This document shows, piece by piece, positions 47,248-47,483 of a DNA stretch of 47,483 nt. The notes beneath the pieces were generated by a model. The model searched no databases and was not told where the DNA came from. It worked only from the letters and a program-made list of their open reading frames with translations. The first letter of the stretch is position 1. Each line of letters begins with the position of its first letter. Source of the stretch: an uncultured bacterium (lineage in GTDB: Bacteria; Fidelibacterota; Marinisomatia; Marinisomatales; AB-629-J13); assembly GCA_964496365.1 (NCBI GenBank), contig CAZBZK010000007.1:1-47483 (forward strand). Reading direction: 5' to 3'. The position numbers and the translations under genes were made by a program.

Positions 47248-47483
47248 TTATTTTCCAAATAATTGCAATACAACAGCAGGTGACGTATTCGCCTGGGCGA
47301 GTGCACCAACAGAAGTTTGCTGCAATATTTGTAATTTAAGTAATTCCATTTGTTCGACTGAAAAATCAGCGTCTTCATAAGCACTACGTACCGCATCCGT
47401 ATTGGCTACTCCAACGGTAAGAAAGGACTCCTTTTTACTAAGTCGTACCATAGTATCACCTACTTTCTGGATGTAACCAGCCA
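47248..47483 (-). CDS. fliC: Flagellin, C-terminal part (5' end outside the window)
   Basis: Frame is open to the window edge: ...AGYIQKVGDTMVRL...RSAYEDADF..EQM..LKLQILQQT...LAQAN.SP..VLQLF. Confidence 0.92.
   Translation of the reverse strand, partial: AGYIQKVGDTMVRLSKKESFLTVGVANTDAVRSAYEDADFSVEQMELLKLQILQQTSVGALAQANTSPAVVLQLFGK

Noticed and set aside
1-47483. CRISPR arrays, tRNA/rRNA genes, IS elements, prophage or defence genes
   Set aside because: No spaced direct repeats, RNA-gene-like GC-rich intergenic blocks, transposase or integrase motifs were seen by eye; nearly all the sequence is accounted for by the genes listed.

Overview
AT-rich bacterial chromosomal window. Positions 1-6068 hold housekeeping genes (partial probable polyprenyl synthase, tatC, meaB, a Crp-family regulator, rpsT, guaB, hutH). 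Positions 6325-47483 are one ~41 kb flagellar supercluster, almost all on the minus strand, running off the right edge inside a flagellin gene. It encodes a diderm-type basal body with L/P rings, an intact type III export gate, rod, hook, junction and cap, FliW/CsrA, FliA/FlgM, a sigma54 activator, three histidine-kinase-like proteins and a methyltransferase-glycosyltransferase-TPR fusion. Gene order and the flagellin/FliS style suggest an FCB-group organism such as Marinimicrobia (inference only). The main surprises are: (i) flbD-motA-motB-fliL is missing from its usual slot, with flgE only 30 bp from fliM; (ii) flhF appears reduced to a 46-codon remnant while FlhG lacks its FlhF-activating motif; (iii) a regulatory circuit can be read from the DNA: two sigma54-like promoters with non-canonical -12 boxes, each with a GGAA-N5-TTCC palindrome 139-140 bp upstream, an activator with GSFTNA in place of GAFTGA, and a sigma28 promoter; (iv) a pair of kinase-like genes with complementary catalytic defects; (v) a tandem-domain FlgM and a Cys-free FlgH with a hydrophobic tail. 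The leading hypothesis is a remodelled flagellum that may be stator-less or repurposed. The rest of the genome is not visible, so stators encoded elsewhere cannot be excluded. All protein calls come from motif recognition and synteny, not database searches.
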